Assembly: GCA_963727525.1 (NCBI GenBank)
Contig: CAVSGO010000007.1
Coordinates: 1,920,001 to 1,984,000, forward strand
Reading direction: 5' to 3'
DNA length: 64,000 bases
Source of the DNA: an uncultured bacterium
GTDB lineage: Bacteria > Krumholzibacteriota > Krumholzibacteriia > LZORAL124-64-63
Under the pieces are notes generated by a model that was not told the origin of the DNA, ran no database searches, and was given only the letters and a program-made list of their open reading frames with translations. The translations under genes and the position numbers were made by a program. This document shows positions 40,376-50,345 of the stretch, piece by piece. The stretch's first letter is position 1. The number at the start of each line of letters is the position of its first letter.

Positions 40376-43300
40376 GGCTGGCCTCCTCCCGCCGCCGGCG
40401 CGTCGCGCCGCTGTCCGCTCTCATCGCGGCCCGCATGCTCGTGCAGCGACTGGATCTCGCGGAAGTAACGCCGCACCAGGTCGCGGTACGCCGGCGGCGC
40501 CTGCTCCACCGACTGGTACCGGCGCGCCAGCTCGCGCGGATCGCGCGGCAGGTTGGTATCGAGCCCCTCCTGCTGTGCGTACGTCTCCCCCGCGGTGCGG
40601 CTCTCGCGGCGCTTGGCGAAGTCGCGCTCGCGGGCGGCGTTCTGCGCGTCGAGCAAGCGACTGAGAATGCGGTCCTGGCGGCGCAGCGTCTCCTCGGTCA
40701 CGAGGCCGCCGGCCACGTCGTCGCTCACGCGTTCCATCTCGCGCGCCATCTCGTCCATGTCGCCCAGCAGGCGCGAGCCTTCATGCCGTTCCATGCGCTT
40801 CTCGTCCTCGGCCAGCCCGCGAGCCTGGCCGGCGAGACCCTGCTGGCCCTGCTGCAGACGCTGCATCTGCGCCCGCATCTGCTCGCTCAAGCCCTGGTGC
40901 CCCTGGAGCTGCTGCGCCAGACCATTGAGTCCGGCCTGCTCGCGCGCCATGTCCTGGAGCTGCTGGCTGAGTTGTGGCATGGGATTGCTGCCGCCGCCCC
41001 CCGAGCCACCGACCGACTGGGCCTGCGTCAGCAACCCGATCACGATGCGGTTCATCTCGGCCAGACCATCGCGCGAGGAAGACCGCGCCGGCCCGCCGCG
41101 ACCGCCCTCGAGATCGTCGACGCTGCGCCCGAGGGTGGTGAGCAGGTCGTCGAGGTTGTTCAGCAGGCGCATGATCTCCTGCGGCGCCGCCTTGGCCAAC
41201 TTCTGGAGACCGTCGCGCACGCCGATCGTGGCCTGCAGCACCCGGTGTTGATCGCGCGCGAGAGGCTCGATGCGTACGTCGCGCAGCTGCGACGGCAGGC
41301 GCAGGAAGATCGACTCCTGCCGGTCGGACAGGTCGAGCAGGTCGGCGGCCAGTTCGCGCAGCGATGCGGCCTGGTTCTGCTTCATCGCCATCTGCATGGC
41401 CGATTGCGTGCGGAGCATCACGCTGTAAAGCCCCGCCATCTCGCGCATGGCCTCCTGCATGCTCTGCTGCGCGTCCTGCGGCATGTTCTCCTTCATCTGC
41501 TGGCCGGCCTGCTGCATGTTCTCGCCGGTCTGGTCCTGCTTCATCTGCTTCATCGCCTGTTCGAGCGCTTCGCGCATCTGCTCGGCGGCCGGCGACTCCT
41601 TGCCCTGCTTCTGCTGTTCCTTCAGCTCGGCAAGCGCCTTCTCGACGCGATCCTGCAGTTCCTGCATCTCCTTGGCCAGACCTTCCTGGCGCCGCGCGAG
41701 TTCCTGCGGATCGGCCTTCTCGCCACCCGGCTGCTCACCGTGCTTCTGGTCGCCTTGCTTCTGGTCGCCGTCCTTCTGGTCGCCCGACTTCTCATCGCCC
41801 GACTTCTGATCACCCTGCTGGTCGCGCTCCCCGTCGTGGGCCTCGTCCGTCGTCTCACCTTGCCGATCCTGCGGCGACGGGGTGGCGTCGGCCAGCTTCT
41901 GCTGCTCACGCATGAGCTGGGCGAGCATGCTCGTCATGCCCTCGAGATCCTGTTCGCGCGCCATGTCCTTGAGCATGTCCATCGCCGTGTCGAGACGGCG
42001 CATGGCCTGCTCCTGGTTCTGCGCCACCTCGCGCACCGCGCGCGAGACCTCGTCGGGCGAGAGCTGCTGCATGGCGTTGCGCATCTGATCGATGAGCGAC
42101 TGCAACTCGGGGCTCTGCGCCTGCTGCAGCAGCTCGGCGATCTGGTCCATCTTGGCCATCAGTTCGGGCGAGGTGAGCTGGTTCTCGGCGAGCATCTCGA
42201 GGTTCTGCTGCAAACCCTCGGCGATCTTCTTCAGCTCATCCTGCAGGGCCTGCTGCCGATCGAACGCGGCCTTCAGCTCCTGCTGCTTCTCCCAGTCGGG
42301 CACCGGGTTCTTCTGCAGCTCGCGGCGCAGCCGTTCCAGGTCCTGGCCCAGCTCCGCCGTGCGGCGGCGGGCCTCGGCCAGATCGGCGCGCTGGCCGCGG
42401 CTCTCGCTGGCACGATCATCGAGGACCTCGGCCGTCGACGGTACCGTGAGCCGCAGCACCTCCGAGCGCCCGACGCCTGCGGGGCCGGGCACGCGGTTAT
42501 CCCGCGCCTCGAGGCACAGCTCGAGCACGTCACCCGGCACGAGGTCGAGATCGCCGGCCTGCACCCGCAGCGCCCGGCGAATGTCGAGCCGATCGACCGC
42601 GTCGTCGGCGGCGACCGTGGTCACATGCAGGGTGCCGAGCGACGTGCGCAGGTCGCGCGCATTGCCCGCACCATCGCGCTGACCGGGCCGCCACAGCGTG
42701 AGGTGCTCCCAGTCTTCGCCCTGGCCGGTGTCGGCGCGCCGCAGGAGGAGATCGACGGCGCTCAGGCCGTAGTCATCGCCCGCGGCCGCCTTGAGGTCGA
42801 TCGGCGCCGTGAGCGGCAGGGTGCCATCATCATCCGACCGCGCGAGCACCGCGGTGGGCACCTGGTCGGCCAGCACGCTCAGCTCGTACTCCAGGCGGTC
42901 GCGATTGCTGAGACCGCGCACGTCGCGGAGGGTGACATGGAACCGCAGTGGCTCGGAGACGGTGACCGTACCGCTCAGGCTGTCGGCCATCACGGCGAGC
43001 GTCAGCGTGTCGCCCTCGGTGGTGACGGCCGCGGCTGCGGCGAGCGGACCGCTGGCCCGGCCATGCAGATCGATCCGGCTTCCCGCCGGCACCTCGAGGA
43101 ACGCCGGCATGCGGTCGAGATCCTGGTCGGGCAGACGCGTGTAGTCCGGCGGGTGCACGGCGCCGGCGAGCTGACTCAGCAGCGGCGGATACCACACCGC
43201 GAGCACGCGCGACGGCGTCAGGCGCGCGCCGCGGCGGAAGCGGTACTCGACATCCTCGCGGACATCCGCGAGCTGGGCCTCCCAGCGCCGCCAGGGCGCC

Positions 43301-44076
43301 AGCGCGCCGGGCGCTTCCTCGCGCACCGGAAGCGACGGCGTGGCCGTGAGCGGCTGCCAGGTCCCCGAACCGACGCGGATCTCGGCCACTGCGGCATCGT
43401 CACCGCCGCCGAAGTCGAGGGCCGCGATGGGCGTCGACGTGCCCATCACGACGTGGTCGGCCGCGGGCGCCAGGTACAGACCGACAGTGGGCGTGGGTTC
43501 GGCCGCGAGCCACGGCCGCAGCAGCAGGTGCCACCCGCGCTGCCACGCGCTCACGTCGCGATCGACGGCCAACCAGCCGCCGAGCACGACGACCAGTGCC
43601 AGCGCCAGGGCCGCCCCCGGGCGCACCAGGGGCAGGCGGCGCGGTAGGTCGATCGCATCGAGCCGATCGCTCGCACGCACCACCAGGCGTCGCACCAGTT
43701 CCGCCTCGACGGGATCCTCCGCTCGCCAGCGATCGGGCCGGCGCAGAGCCTCCTCGGCAGCCGCCAGGATGTTCGCGAAATCGCCGTGCTGCTCGAGCGC
43801 GGCGCTCAGCGCCCGTACGGTCGACAGCCGACGCAACGGTCGCCAGAGCGCGAGCACGAAGGCCGCCGCCGCGATCGCCACGCACAGCAGCACGAGACCC
43901 CAGCGCAGGGCGCCCGAGGCTCCGGTATACCCCAGCGTCACGGCCGTCGCCGCCAGCGCGCCGCCCCCCACCCCCAGCCAAACCACGAGGCCGTGCACCA
44001 GCGCCCGCGTCCGGGCGCGCCGTCGGAGGCGCTCGAAGCGCCGCGCGAGGATGATGGACGGGGCGGATGCGTTCAC
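40372..44076 (-). CDS. DUF4175-like membrane-anchored coiled-coil protein
   Basis: N-terminal TMs, PPDYTRL, DDYGL, LEARDN, long Q/M-rich coiled coil, RQDRILSRLL, YRDLVRRYF. Confidence 0.8.
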   Translation of the reverse strand: MNASAPSIILARRFERLRRRARTRALVHGLVVWLGVGGGALAATAVTLGYTGASGALRWGLVLLCVAIAAAAFVLALWRPLRRLSTVRALSAALEQHGDFANILAAAEEALRRPDRWRAEDPVEAELVRRLVVRASDRLDAIDLPRRLPLVRPGAALALALVVVLGGWLAVDRDVSAWQRGWHLLLRPWLAAEPTPTVGLYLAPAADHVVMGTSTPIAALDFGGGDDAAVAEIRVGSGTWQPLTATPSLPVREEAPGALAPWRRWEAQLADVREDVEYRFRRGARLTPSRVLAVWYPPLLSQLAGAVHPPDYTRLPDQDLDRMPAFLEVPAGSRIDLHGRASGPLAAAAAVTTEGDTLTLAVMADSLSGTVTVSEPLRFHVTLRDVRGLSNRDRLEYELSVLADQVPTAVLARSDDDGTLPLTAPIDLKAAAGDDYGLSAVDLLLRRADTGQGEDWEHLTLWRPGQRDGAGNARDLRTSLGTLHVTTVAADDAVDRLDIRRALRVQAGDLDLVPGDVLELCLEARDNRVPGPAGVGRSEVLRLTVPSTAEVLDDRASESRGQRADLAEARRRTAELGQDLERLRRELQKNPVPDWEKQQELKAAFDRQQALQDELKKIAEGLQQNLEMLAENQLTSPELMAKMDQIAELLQQAQSPELQSLIDQMRNAMQQLSPDEVSRAVREVAQNQEQAMRRLDTAMDMLKDMAREQDLEGMTSMLAQLMREQQKLADATPSPQDRQGETTDEAHDGERDQQGDQKSGDEKSGDQKDGDQKQGDQKHGEQPGGEKADPQELARRQEGLAKEMQELQDRVEKALAELKEQQKQGKESPAAEQMREALEQAMKQMKQDQTGENMQQAGQQMKENMPQDAQQSMQEAMREMAGLYSVMLRTQSAMQMAMKQNQAASLRELAADLLDLSDRQESIFLRLPSQLRDVRIEPLARDQHRVLQATIGVRDGLQKLAKAAPQEIMRLLNNLDDLLTTLGRSVDDLEGGRGGPARSSSRDGLAEMNRIVIGLLTQAQSVGGSGGGGSNPMPQLSQQLQDMAREQAGLNGLAQQLQGHQGLSEQMRAQMQRLQQGQQGLAGQARGLAEDEKRMERHEGSRLLGDMDEMAREMERVSDDVAGGLVTEETLRRQDRILSRLLDAQNAARERDFAKRRESRTAGETYAQQEGLDTNLPRDPRELARRYQSVEQAPPAYRDLVRRYFREIQSLHEHAGRDESGQRRDAPAAGGGQP
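41743..41817. repeat. Five imperfect 15-bp tandem repeats encoding (S/D/Q)GD(Q/E)K pentapeptides
   Basis: CTTCTGGTCGCCTTG / CTTCTGGTCGCCGTC / CTTCTGGTCGCCCGA / CTTCTCATCGCCCGA / CTTCTGATCACCCTG. Confidence 0.8.
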
Positions 44077-44098
44077 GTTTCGACCTCGGCGCCCGCGA

Positions 44099-44797
44099 TC
44101 ACGGGCTCGTCAGGGCGTACATCAGGACATTGACGGCCATCCTGGCGGCTTGCTCGCGTACCTGCGGCGGATCGCCGTGGACGTCGGGATCCTCGAGTCC
44201 GTCACCGATGTCGCTGGACCAGGAATAGAAGATGACCAGCCGGCCGTCCTTGCTAACACCGAATCCCTGGGCAGGATCCCCGTCATGTTCGTGGATCTTC
44301 GGTAGCCCCGGCAGATCATAGAACGCGTGATAGATCGGATGGGCACTGCTGAGCGGTTCGAGCTTCAGGTCCGGGTAGAGCTGCGCGACCATCTCCCGGA
44401 AAGACGTGTTCAACCCGTAGTTGTCGTCGGCCCAGAGGAGACCGCCGGCGTCGAGATAGCGGCGCAGCTCGGCCAGCTCCGTGTCGCTCAGCGCGATGCG
44501 CCCGTGGCCTGTGATGTAGATCAGCGGGTAACGGTAGAGGTCCTCGCTGTCCAGGGTGACCACCGCCTCGGTGGACGCCGTGGGCAGGCCCGTGCGCTCG
44601 CGGAAATCGCGCAACCAGTTGGGCATGCTGCTGGGATTGCTGTACCAGTCGCCACCCCCGCTGTAGTGCCAGCGCGCCACGCGTAGCCCCGCGTCGGTGT
44701 CCTCGACCGGTCGTGCCGCGATCGCACCCGCGATCAGCACGCTGGCTGACAGCGCGAGACTCAGGACGATGGTTCGGGATCGGAAGGCTCGTGCCAT
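44099..44797 (-). CDS. DUF4159 domain protein (exported)
   Basis: YSGGGDWY, YITGHG, GGLLWADDNYGL, GLPKIHEHDG, DIGDGLED; AGGAG RBS. Confidence 0.88.
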   Translation of the reverse strand: MARAFRSRTIVLSLALSASVLIAGAIAARPVEDTDAGLRVARWHYSGGGDWYSNPSSMPNWLRDFRERTGLPTASTEAVVTLDSEDLYRYPLIYITGHGRIALSDTELAELRRYLDAGGLLWADDNYGLNTSFREMVAQLYPDLKLEPLSSAHPIYHAFYDLPGLPKIHEHDGDPAQGFGVSKDGRLVIFYSWSSDIGDGLEDPDVHGDPPQVREQAARMAVNVLMYALTSP

Positions 44798-47700
44798 GGC
44801 GGCTCCTGCGGTGCGGCGACCTCGGTGGGGGCATCGGCGCGGGCGAGGGTGAGCGTGACCAGCGCTCCCTGCCCGTCCTCGCGGTTGGCCAGTGCGATGC
44901 GTCCGCCCATCTTGTCCAGGAGATTGCGGCAGATAGCCAGGCCGAGACCGGTGCCCTTGCTCTTCGTAGAAAAATAGGGGTCGAACAGTCTTTCGGCCAC
45001 GTCCGGCGCCACGCCCTCGCCGTTGTCCCGCCAGAGGAGCGCCACCGCGTCTGGCCACGTCCGCCAAGACACGTCCAGGACCAGTCCCTCGGGCCCGCCG
45101 GACGCGTCGAGGCTGTTCTGCATGAGGTTGCCCAGCACCTTCAGCAACGACTCCCGGTGCCCCCGCACGAGGGGCAACGTCGCCGGCGCCACGGAGATCG
45201 CCGGACCACCTCCCGCACCGGCCTGTCGGTAGGCACCCAGCGCATCGACGACGAGTGCGCGCAGATCGAGATCGCTGCACTCCAGCTCGCCCGGACGACC
45301 GAGCAGCGAGAACTCCCCCGCGATCGATCGCAGCAATGTGACCTGCTCGAGGATTCGCGCCAACGCATCGTGGGCGATGGCGTCGAGCTGTGGATGGCGG
45401 TCCTGGAACGCCTGCTGCAGGAGCTGCGCCGAGAGCTGGATCGGCGTGAGCGGGTTCTTGATCTCGTGCGCCACCTGGCGCGCCAGCTCCGCATTGAGCG
45501 CCAGCTTCTTCGTCGCCAGGAATTCGCTCAGGTCCTCGCACACCACCAGGGTGTGCGGCTGTACGCCGCCGAGCGCGAGGGGTGCGTGCCGCACGCGCAA
45601 CGTGCGGCGCCCGCCGCCGCTGGAGAGTTCCACCTCGGGCTCGGGCCCCAGATCGTCAATACCCGCGTGGTCATGTCCCTTGCCGCGCAACTCGCGCCGC
45701 AGACACTCGGCCGCGTGCGCCGCCGTGAGATCGGGCAAGCTGCCGTAGAATGCCGTCAGGATGCCCTCGGCCGCCGGATTGAGCGTGACGAGCCGACCTT
45801 CGGCATCCCACACCACCACGCCCACGGGCACGCGCTCCAGCACCGCCGCCAGAAATCGCTCGCGGGCTTCCAGATTTTCGCGGGCGCGGCGCAGCTCGTC
45901 GCGCATGGTGTGGAATCCTCCGGCCAGGCGCCCCACCTCGTCGCGCCCGGGCGCCGGCAAGGGTGCGGCGTAGTCACCGGCCGCCAGGCGCTGCGTGGCG
46001 CGCAGGAGCACGCGCAGCGGTTCGAAGATATTCCATGTGAGCGCCGCGGCGAGAGCCAGAGCCGTCAGCAGCAGCAACGTGGTGAGCCCCGCGAGGAACA
46101 GAGCCGTGCGACGGCGCTGGCCGAGAAACTCGCGGCTGCGGTCGGGAAAGTCCACAGCGAGCACGGCCGGCAGACGGCGCTGGCGCAACGTGCTGTCCGT
46201 TCCCTCCACGAGGTCGGGCAGTGCCAGTCCCCCCGTGAACGCCAGCCCCGCCGACTCGGGGAACACGTACGGGGTGGCGGGATGGCGCAGCAGCCAGCGC
46301 ATGAGACGCGGCGACGCGAGCAGCGGCGCCTCGTTCGCGAAGAGCCGCCCCGGGTGGCTGGCCGCCACGGCCTCGCCGTCGATGCGCAGGGTCAACTCGC
46401 CGCCCACCACGTCGGCCAGCGCCGCCAGCAGGCTCTCGTCAACGCGCTGGCGATAAAAGAACGTGCCGTTGCCCTGGGTCGCATCCCGACCGCTGTCGGG
46501 CATGACCGCGGTGAGATCGATGGGGATGACGGTGCCGAGATAGCGCTCGCCACCCTGTTCGGTGATGACGAGGGTCGTCCGGCGCGCCGCGGCCAGCAGG
46601 GCGCCGGCCTCCTGGTCATCGAGGTCGCTCAGCGTCTCGTCGAGCAGGAGGCTGCCGTCGGGCGCGAAGACCATGCCCTGGCGCGCCGAGTAGGGACCTT
46701 GCGGACGCTCTCCGCCGAGGCGACCGACCAGCATGTCGGCGATGTAGTCGCTCGCGGCCAGCGCGCGTGCCTGTTCGGCGAGCAGGCCGCGTAGTTGCTC
46801 GATGGTGGTGACGAGGCCGTCGCGCGTGCGATCACGCGCATCGCGATCGAGGCGCTCGAAAGTGAGGCGGTCGGCGAGCCAGCCGGCCAGCAGGAGCAGC
46901 ACGATGCCGATGCCGAGATACCCGGCGAGGAACTTGCCCTGGAATCCGCCGGGCCACTGCAGCCGCCGCCGCGCCGCGGCGCGCAGCACCAGGAACGCCA
47001 GGACGAGCAGCACGTCCAGCAATACGAGGCGCGCCCAGTCGAGCAGCACCGCCACGGCACCCGGACGTTGCAGACCGATCAGGAAGCCCTCCCCCGGCGA
47101 CGCCTGCAGGCTCGGCGGCAGCGCGGCCCAGCGGCAGAGCCAGTGCGCGCGATCATAGTCCACGACGCCCCACTCCCGCGCACCACGCTGCAACGCCTCC
47201 AGCACCGGACGCGAGGCCGCGGCGGGAAATCCGCCGAATCCCACGTCGAGCCAGCCGTCGCTGTCGCCACGCAGCAGGAGCAGCGGTCGGTCCACCTCCT
47301 GACGCGGCTGGTACCCCGCGCCAGCGTCGCCCGTGGGCGGCCCCGCACCGAGCGATGCCAGCAGCGTCGAGAGCCGGCGCGATTGCACCGGCAGCTCCAC
47401 GCGCAGCCAACCGCTGCCGTCGTGGCGGGGAATCTCCCCGCGCAATACGTGCTCCTCGCCGGTGGGATAGCGGCGTCGTTCATCCTGCATCAGCACGTGG
47501 CCCCGACCACCGCTCGAATCCGGCAGACTCCCCCAGCCGCTGCGTTCGATCACCTCGTAACCGTAGTCGCGGAGGAAGCCCACGGCGTAGACGCTCTGCT
47601 CCTCGTCATCCGCATCGCGGACCTCCACGAGGCACGGCAGACCGAGATCGCGTACCGCGGACGCGCGCCACAGTCGGTACGCCGCCGCGTTGCGCCAGAT

Positions 47701-49587
47701 CCCCTCGGGCTCCGGCGCCGCGGGCGCATCGGTGCGCGCGCTGGCCGTGCTATCGGCCGCCGCCATCTCGGTGAGCACGTCCTCGAGGAGAAAGGCGATC
47801 CAGTCGCCCTGCGGTTGTACGATCTCGTCGGCCTTGCGCCGCAGCCATTCGCGCTCAGTCACGCCGTAGGCGTCGGCAAGCACGAGGTAGTTCCAGCTCA
47901 CGACGACGAGCAGCGCCACGGCCCCCCACACCAGACGACCGGGCCTGCCCGGCGTCCACCAGCGATACCCGCCCGCTACTACGAGGGCCACCACGAACGC
48001 CGCCACCGCCGCCTCCACGGGAGCGCCGGGCACGAAGGCGAGCCAGAGCACGCCGATCGGGATTCCGGCCACGACGGCATGCAGCACGAGGCGCCGGCGA
48101 GAGCCACCGCGCCGCGCCGGGATCGCGGCCAGCCGGGCGGTCAGCCCCACCACCGTCACGGCCGTGAGGAAGAGCGCGGCGTGCAGCGCCCAGAAGGTCC
48201 AGGAGTCATACGGCACCTGCAAGCCCAGAAGGCGCGCATTGGCGTTGGCCGTGAACTGGTGTGCGAGGGTGCGCAGGAGGAAGAGCCCGGCCGCCGCCAC
48301 CGCGGCGACGCCGACGGCTGCCAGCTCGCCCCGCCAGGGACGGGACGGCGAGGAGTCCCGCGCGGGCGGGTGGCGCAGCACGACGGCGAGCGTCAGCACG
48401 GCGAGCAGGGCGGTCAGCATGGCGTCGGCGCCCGACGCGAACCAACCCTTCGCAAACGTGGTGGCAAAGTACGCCGGATCCACGAGGCTGGCCGGTTCGG
48501 TGGGTAGCGCGGGCAAGCGCTGCCCCGGGAAGGCCGCCGTCCACCAGCGCACGGCGTCGACGGAAGCCCATAGCCACCGTACGACCCAGGCAGCGGCCAG
48601 CAGCCCCAGTCCGCCGCCGAGCGCCCCACCGATGGCCAGAGCCGCCGCCCCCACCAGGAACGCACAGACCAGGATGAGCACGGCGTGGAGCCGATCGGAG
48701 AAGACCGTCCTCGCCGGCACCCGCGCTCGCAGTTGCAGTCGATACGCCTGCGCTCCGCCCTCGCCCAGGTCCACCGTCGTGGTCACAAGCAGTCCGCGGC
48801 GGGCGTCGCCTTGCAGGGGTGCGGCCGCCGGCTGGTCGACGTTCACGACCCGGCGGCTGCGGGCGATCGTGCCGCTGCGCTGGTCCCCCCCGGACATCTC
48901 GTCGACCGGGGCCAGCGCCACCTGCAACTCGAGTCGCCACGCGTCGCCCACGGGCAGCGCCACTCCCTGCCGCCAGAACCAGCGCGACTCATCCCGTACC
49001 ACATCGCGCGCACCAGGCGCCGGCGGCGCGTCGGTGAGGGCCACGCCGCGCCGCCAGCCGACGCGCTCGTCGCCGTGCCACAGCGCCAGCGCGAGGGGAT
49101 AACGCTCGGCTTCCGCCCCGAACCCGGCCCAGCGCCGCGACCAGTCGACGACGGCGCCGAAAGGATCGGCCAGCAATGCACTATCCGCGGGGCAGTCGGC
49201 CTGGAACGCCGCGGCCGCACGGTCGAGCGCTGCGGGCAGGGCCCGCACCGCGGCGGCCTCGTGCGTGAGATGCTGCCGGGCACGTTCCTGCTCGCGCTTG
49301 ATCCAGGTCGCGTCGTCCGGTCGCGGCGCCAGCGACACCACGGCCACGACAATCACGAGCAGCGCCTGGCTCACGAGCGCCGCGCCGGTGGCGGCGCGCC
49401 GCCGGCCGGACCGCCGCAACGCCACGGCGAGCGCCACGACGCACACCGCCGCCAGGACCCCCAGGGCGCCGCCGGCCGTCGGCGGCAGGGCCGCGGGTCC
49501 CCGGCCGGTACGCCACAGCACGCCACCCTGCGCGAACGCGCACAGGGCGGCGACCGTCATCGCGAACCGGGACGGGAGGCGACGCAT
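44761..49587 (-). CDS. Very large multi-TM sensor histidine kinase (HAMP-PAS-HisKA-HATPase, NtrY-like)
   Basis: Many TM helices; HAMP (PLRVLLRATQRLAAGDY..DEVGRL), PAS-like (VPVGVVVWD), ARQVAHEIKNPLTPIQL, PYFSTKSKGTGLGLAI. Confidence 0.9.
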   Translation of the reverse strand: MRRLPSRFAMTVAALCAFAQGGVLWRTGRGPAALPPTAGGALGVLAAVCVVALAVALRRSGRRRAATGAALVSQALLVIVVAVVSLAPRPDDATWIKREQERARQHLTHEAAAVRALPAALDRAAAAFQADCPADSALLADPFGAVVDWSRRWAGFGAEAERYPLALALWHGDERVGWRRGVALTDAPPAPGARDVVRDESRWFWRQGVALPVGDAWRLELQVALAPVDEMSGGDQRSGTIARSRRVVNVDQPAAAPLQGDARRGLLVTTTVDLGEGGAQAYRLQLRARVPARTVFSDRLHAVLILVCAFLVGAAALAIGGALGGGLGLLAAAWVVRWLWASVDAVRWWTAAFPGQRLPALPTEPASLVDPAYFATTFAKGWFASGADAMLTALLAVLTLAVVLRHPPARDSSPSRPWRGELAAVGVAAVAAAGLFLLRTLAHQFTANANARLLGLQVPYDSWTFWALHAALFLTAVTVVGLTARLAAIPARRGGSRRRLVLHAVVAGIPIGVLWLAFVPGAPVEAAVAAFVVALVVAGGYRWWTPGRPGRLVWGAVALLVVVSWNYLVLADAYGVTEREWLRRKADEIVQPQGDWIAFLLEDVLTEMAAADSTASARTDAPAAPEPEGIWRNAAAYRLWRASAVRDLGLPCLVEVRDADDEEQSVYAVGFLRDYGYEVIERSGWGSLPDSSGGRGHVLMQDERRRYPTGEEHVLRGEIPRHDGSGWLRVELPVQSRRLSTLLASLGAGPPTGDAGAGYQPRQEVDRPLLLLRGDSDGWLDVGFGGFPAAASRPVLEALQRGAREWGVVDYDRAHWLCRWAALPPSLQASPGEGFLIGLQRPGAVAVLLDWARLVLLDVLLVLAFLVLRAAARRRLQWPGGFQGKFLAGYLGIGIVLLLLAGWLADRLTFERLDRDARDRTRDGLVTTIEQLRGLLAEQARALAASDYIADMLVGRLGGERPQGPYSARQGMVFAPDGSLLLDETLSDLDDQEAGALLAAARRTTLVITEQGGERYLGTVIPIDLTAVMPDSGRDATQGNGTFFYRQRVDESLLAALADVVGGELTLRIDGEAVAASHPGRLFANEAPLLASPRLMRWLLRHPATPYVFPESAGLAFTGGLALPDLVEGTDSTLRQRRLPAVLAVDFPDRSREFLGQRRRTALFLAGLTTLLLLTALALAAALTWNIFEPLRVLLRATQRLAAGDYAAPLPAPGRDEVGRLAGGFHTMRDELRRARENLEARERFLAAVLERVPVGVVVWDAEGRLVTLNPAAEGILTAFYGSLPDLTAAHAAECLRRELRGKGHDHAGIDDLGPEPEVELSSGGGRRTLRVRHAPLALGGVQPHTLVVCEDLSEFLATKKLALNAELARQVAHEIKNPLTPIQLSAQLLQQAFQDRHPQLDAIAHDALARILEQVTLLRSIAGEFSLLGRPGELECSDLDLRALVVDALGAYRQAGAGGGPAISVAPATLPLVRGHRESLLKVLGNLMQNSLDASGGPEGLVLDVSWRTWPDAVALLWRDNGEGVAPDVAERLFDPYFSTKSKGTGLGLAICRNLLDKMGGRIALANREDGQGALVTLTLARADAPTEVAAPQEPPWHEPSDPEPSS

Positions 49588-49611
49588 GAACTGGCGTCCT
49601 TTCGGCAGGAA

Positions 49612-50100
49612 TCAGCGCCAGGCCGTGATCTCGCACACCTTCCAACCACCGGTGCCGCGCTCGAGCGTGAAGAGCATACGCTGGCGCTGCGCACCCCCGC
49701 CATCGAGGCTCGTGAAGTGCCAGGATGCCAGGGCGTGCAGGCGCCCGCCCTCGACTTCCTGGTGCTTCTCGAACGCGAACGTCTCCGTCCGACGGTTCTG
49801 GAAGAGGCTCTTGAAGTAGTAGAACGCCTGGCTCGGCGTCAGGACACTCGTGCGGTCGGCGACCGGGCCGAGACTGAGCCGCACGCCATCGGAGCTGACC
49901 AGATCCGCGAGGGCCCGGTGGTCGCTGGTGCGGACCGCATCCTCGATACGGTCGAGCGAGGCTTCCGGATCGCCCGGATCGGCAGGCTCGGCGACCACGA
50001 GGCGTCCGGCCGCGCCACTGCCCATCGCCACGACGCCGAACACGACCGCCAGGGCGGCCAGTTGCCTGATCGTGCGCTGCGTGCAGGGCATTGCGGTCAC
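49612..50100 (-). CDS. Small exported protein, DUF4783-like
   Basis: GGAGG RBS with GTG start; signal-like N-terminus; VRLSL...TPSQAFYYFKSLF pattern recalls DUF4783. Confidence 0.65.
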   Translation of the reverse strand: MTAMPCTQRTIRQLAALAVVFGVVAMGSGAAGRLVVAEPADPGDPEASLDRIEDAVRTSDHRALADLVSSDGVRLSLGPVADRTSVLTPSQAFYYFKSLFQNRRTETFAFEKHQEVEGGRLHALASWHFTSLDGGGAQRQRMLFTLERGTGGWKVCEITAWR

Positions 50101-50151
50101 GGACCATCCTCCGGGAGGGCGTAGGCACTGGGAACGGGTGGCGGTCGTCAA

Positions 50152-50168
50152 GGCAAGGGACGTGCCAG
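50152..50168 (-). promoter_or_regulatory. Sigma54 -24/-12 promoter
   Basis: Minus strand CTGGCACGTCCCTTGCC, a perfect TGGCACG-N4-TTGC match about 50 bp upstream of the start codon. Confidence 0.75.
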
Positions 50169-50287
50169 CACGCGCCTACGTTCCCGACCATTGTAGCCTC
50201 TCCGGGGGCTCTTGGCCCGGGTTTCCCGCAGCCAGCCCCTGCCACTGTCCCGAAAAGGCGCCACCGCGGCCCCGGGGGGAGACAGCC

Positions 50288-50313
50288 GCGCCCCCGGCGT
50301 AGGCCGGGGGCGC
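50288..50313. terminator. Hairpin downstream of secF
   Basis: GCGCCCCCGGC-GTAG-GCCGGGGGCGC, 11-bp perfect stem. Confidence 0.6.
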
Positions 50314-50345
50314 AGGGGGGACATCGTCACACCGCCGACGCGGTG

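Noticed and set aside
41743-41817. Tandem repeats as a possible CRISPR or contingency locus
   Set aside because: No spacers; in-frame low-complexity linker within a coding region
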